A DNA stretch of 64,000 bases, taken from the NCBI GenBank assembly GCA_010093605.1, contig MU004191.1, positions 1,410,816 through 1,474,815 on the forward strand, read 5' to 3'. The position numbers were made by a program, and so were the translations under genes. This DNA comes from Lophium mytilinum (taxonomy: Eukaryota). This document shows, piece after piece, positions 62,513 through 64,000 of this stretch. Each line of letters opens with the position of its first letter. Positions within the stretch are counted from its first letter, which is position 1. The notes under the pieces are model-generated. The model was not told the DNA's origin and did not search any database. It worked only from the letters and a program-made list of their open reading frames with translations.

Positions 62513-63279
62513 TCATTTCGTCCGAATAACCTTCAACTTCTTCGGTATATGCACAAAGTTATTCGCATACGCCTTGGGCACGAACTTGCGCTCGTTCGGC
62601 TCCTGCACAAAGTATTCGTAGCCTTGCTTGTTGGCGAAGGCGACAGCGTCTTCTTTGCTCTTGAAGTTCAGGCTGTAGCCCTGCATGAAGTCGGCCGACG
62701 ACTGCCAGCCCATCAGCGGGTTCTCCCACCGGTGGCCCTTGGGGAGCGGGTCCCAGTCCATGACCCAGTGGTGCGAGTGCCAGTCGCCGGATTGCGTGGC
62801 GGATTTGGCCGGGCGGTAGATACTGGGGTGGGTTAGAAATTGGGCTGGGACTGCGGGGAGGGGCAGCTGTCTTACCGGACTGTTCGGGCTTGGAGGTCTA
62901 CTGGTGCGCCGGAGAGTACAGCTGCGGCTACGCTGTCGCCTGGCTCGCTGCCGTCCATCACTCGTTTCGGGATGGGGGAGAAGTTCCTGTATACAGCTCA
63001 GCGATTTGGTTCCAAGTTCTGGGTTGACGAGACGTACGAAACCCGGTAGTCAATGGAGACATCGTAGTCTGGTTGATGCGATGGCGTCCCCTCTCCACCG
63101 CTCTCTCGGCTGATCATGGCCGCCTCTGCAGGCTTCGTTGAAGGTGCATCTAGCGCGTTGATCTTCGGGGAGGGCTCGTCGGCGTAGTGGCGGATCTGAG
63201 GTGCAAATGCCCTTCGAACTGTAGGGCGGGCTACCAAGGGGAGTAGCCGCGAGCCAATTGACCGCGGCAGGGCTGACAT
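62513..63279 (-). CDS. NDUFS4: Complex I accessory subunit NDUFS4 (fungal 21 kDa subunit)
   Basis: Arg-rich presequence; LSGAPVDLQARTVR|IYRPAKSATQSG; RWENPLMGWQSSAD, F.SKEDAVAFA.KQG, YANNF...IRTK; 2 introns. Confidence 0.95.
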
Positions 63280-63531
63280 TGTGGCGGAGTGGAGAGGATA
63301 TGTGGTATCGTAGTGTTCTTGAGTGAGGTTGGAGGTTGGCCGAGATCACGGCAACTTCCGAGCAGCCGCTTCACTCTCAGAGATCTCTCGGCTTCTTGAC
63401 GACGAACTACCATCTGCCCGACCCTCACCACTAGCCCTTCACGTCAACTCGCTCTCCACTCCGGTAGGCTTCCTGAGGTTCCTCAAGCGGACAGGAGGAT
63501 TGTGGATGCTAATTGAGACGCCGCAGTCAAG

Positions 63532-64000
63532 ATGAGCTTCGTTACTAGGCGCGCTCTCTCGACCCTTATTCCTCCCAAGGTACGGCTTCACGATCGCAAC
63601 ACCATCGCAATGGCCAATCCGGATGCTGACCGTATACTCTAGGTTGCTTCCCCAAGCGTACGTATGCAATTTAATACTCCGTTGATGGCCCTGAGAAATC
63701 CCGAGGAACTCTCCCTTGCGAAAAACACGGCATATTATCCATCACCGCTAAAGAGCTTATCCCCCGCATCGTCGAAGCTGCCAGCAAATACAATCACGGA
63801 TTCGCCCCCAATACAACAACTGACTCGTATGCCAGGCCGTCGGTTCTTCCCCCAATGCTGCCCGCATGCAGCGAGTGGTGAGCTTCTACGAGAAGCTCCC
63901 CCGAGGCCAGGCCGCAGAGATCAAGCCAAAGGGCCTGCTGCAACGGTACCAGCACCGGTACATGGGCAAGAACTCATCAGCGTTGCGTAAGATATTTCAG
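63532..64000 (+). CDS. ATP17: ATP synthase subunit f, partial (runs off the window)
   Basis: MSFVTRRALSTLIPPK | VASPS (15-nt exon, 63643-63657) | AVGSSPNAARMQRVVSFYEKLPRG...; next intron starts at 63987. Confidence 0.92.

Overview
Gene-dense, intron-containing DNA from a filamentous ascomycete; Dothideomycete/Pleosporales-like is my inference from the proteins and short GT..CTRAC..YAG introns. About 23 protein-coding genes can be reconstructed: cyclophilin-RRM (PPIL4-type), RPB2, zeta-crystallin-like oxidoreductase, Dsk2, TPR/F-box/LRR protein, an uncharacterised beta-rich protein, urease, HMG-box protein, a divergent AtuA/DUF1446 + family III CoA-transferase pair, GNAT, S1/P1 nuclease, large-subunit catalase, Mdm12, Het-C, Ccc2-type Cu ATPase, Rab4-like GTPase, PAF-acetylhydrolase, NDUFS4, partial ATP17, and three small proteins. 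Most other six-frame ORFs are antisense or chance frames. Highlights: (1) a 48-aa Cys/His microprotein gene with its own TATA box, ATG-free leader and UTR introns, alone in a ~6.6 kb gene-free interval; (2) two 53-nt introns in het-C that are 43/53 identical and flank a 23-nt microexon; (3) a 214-bp impala/mimp-like MITE inside an intron; (4) a 614-bp element with perfect 80-bp inverted arms around a RIP-like core; (5) a probable solo LTR. No rRNA, tRNA or CRISPR array is supported. Exon boundaries were read by eye and family assignments come from motif recognition, not database searches.
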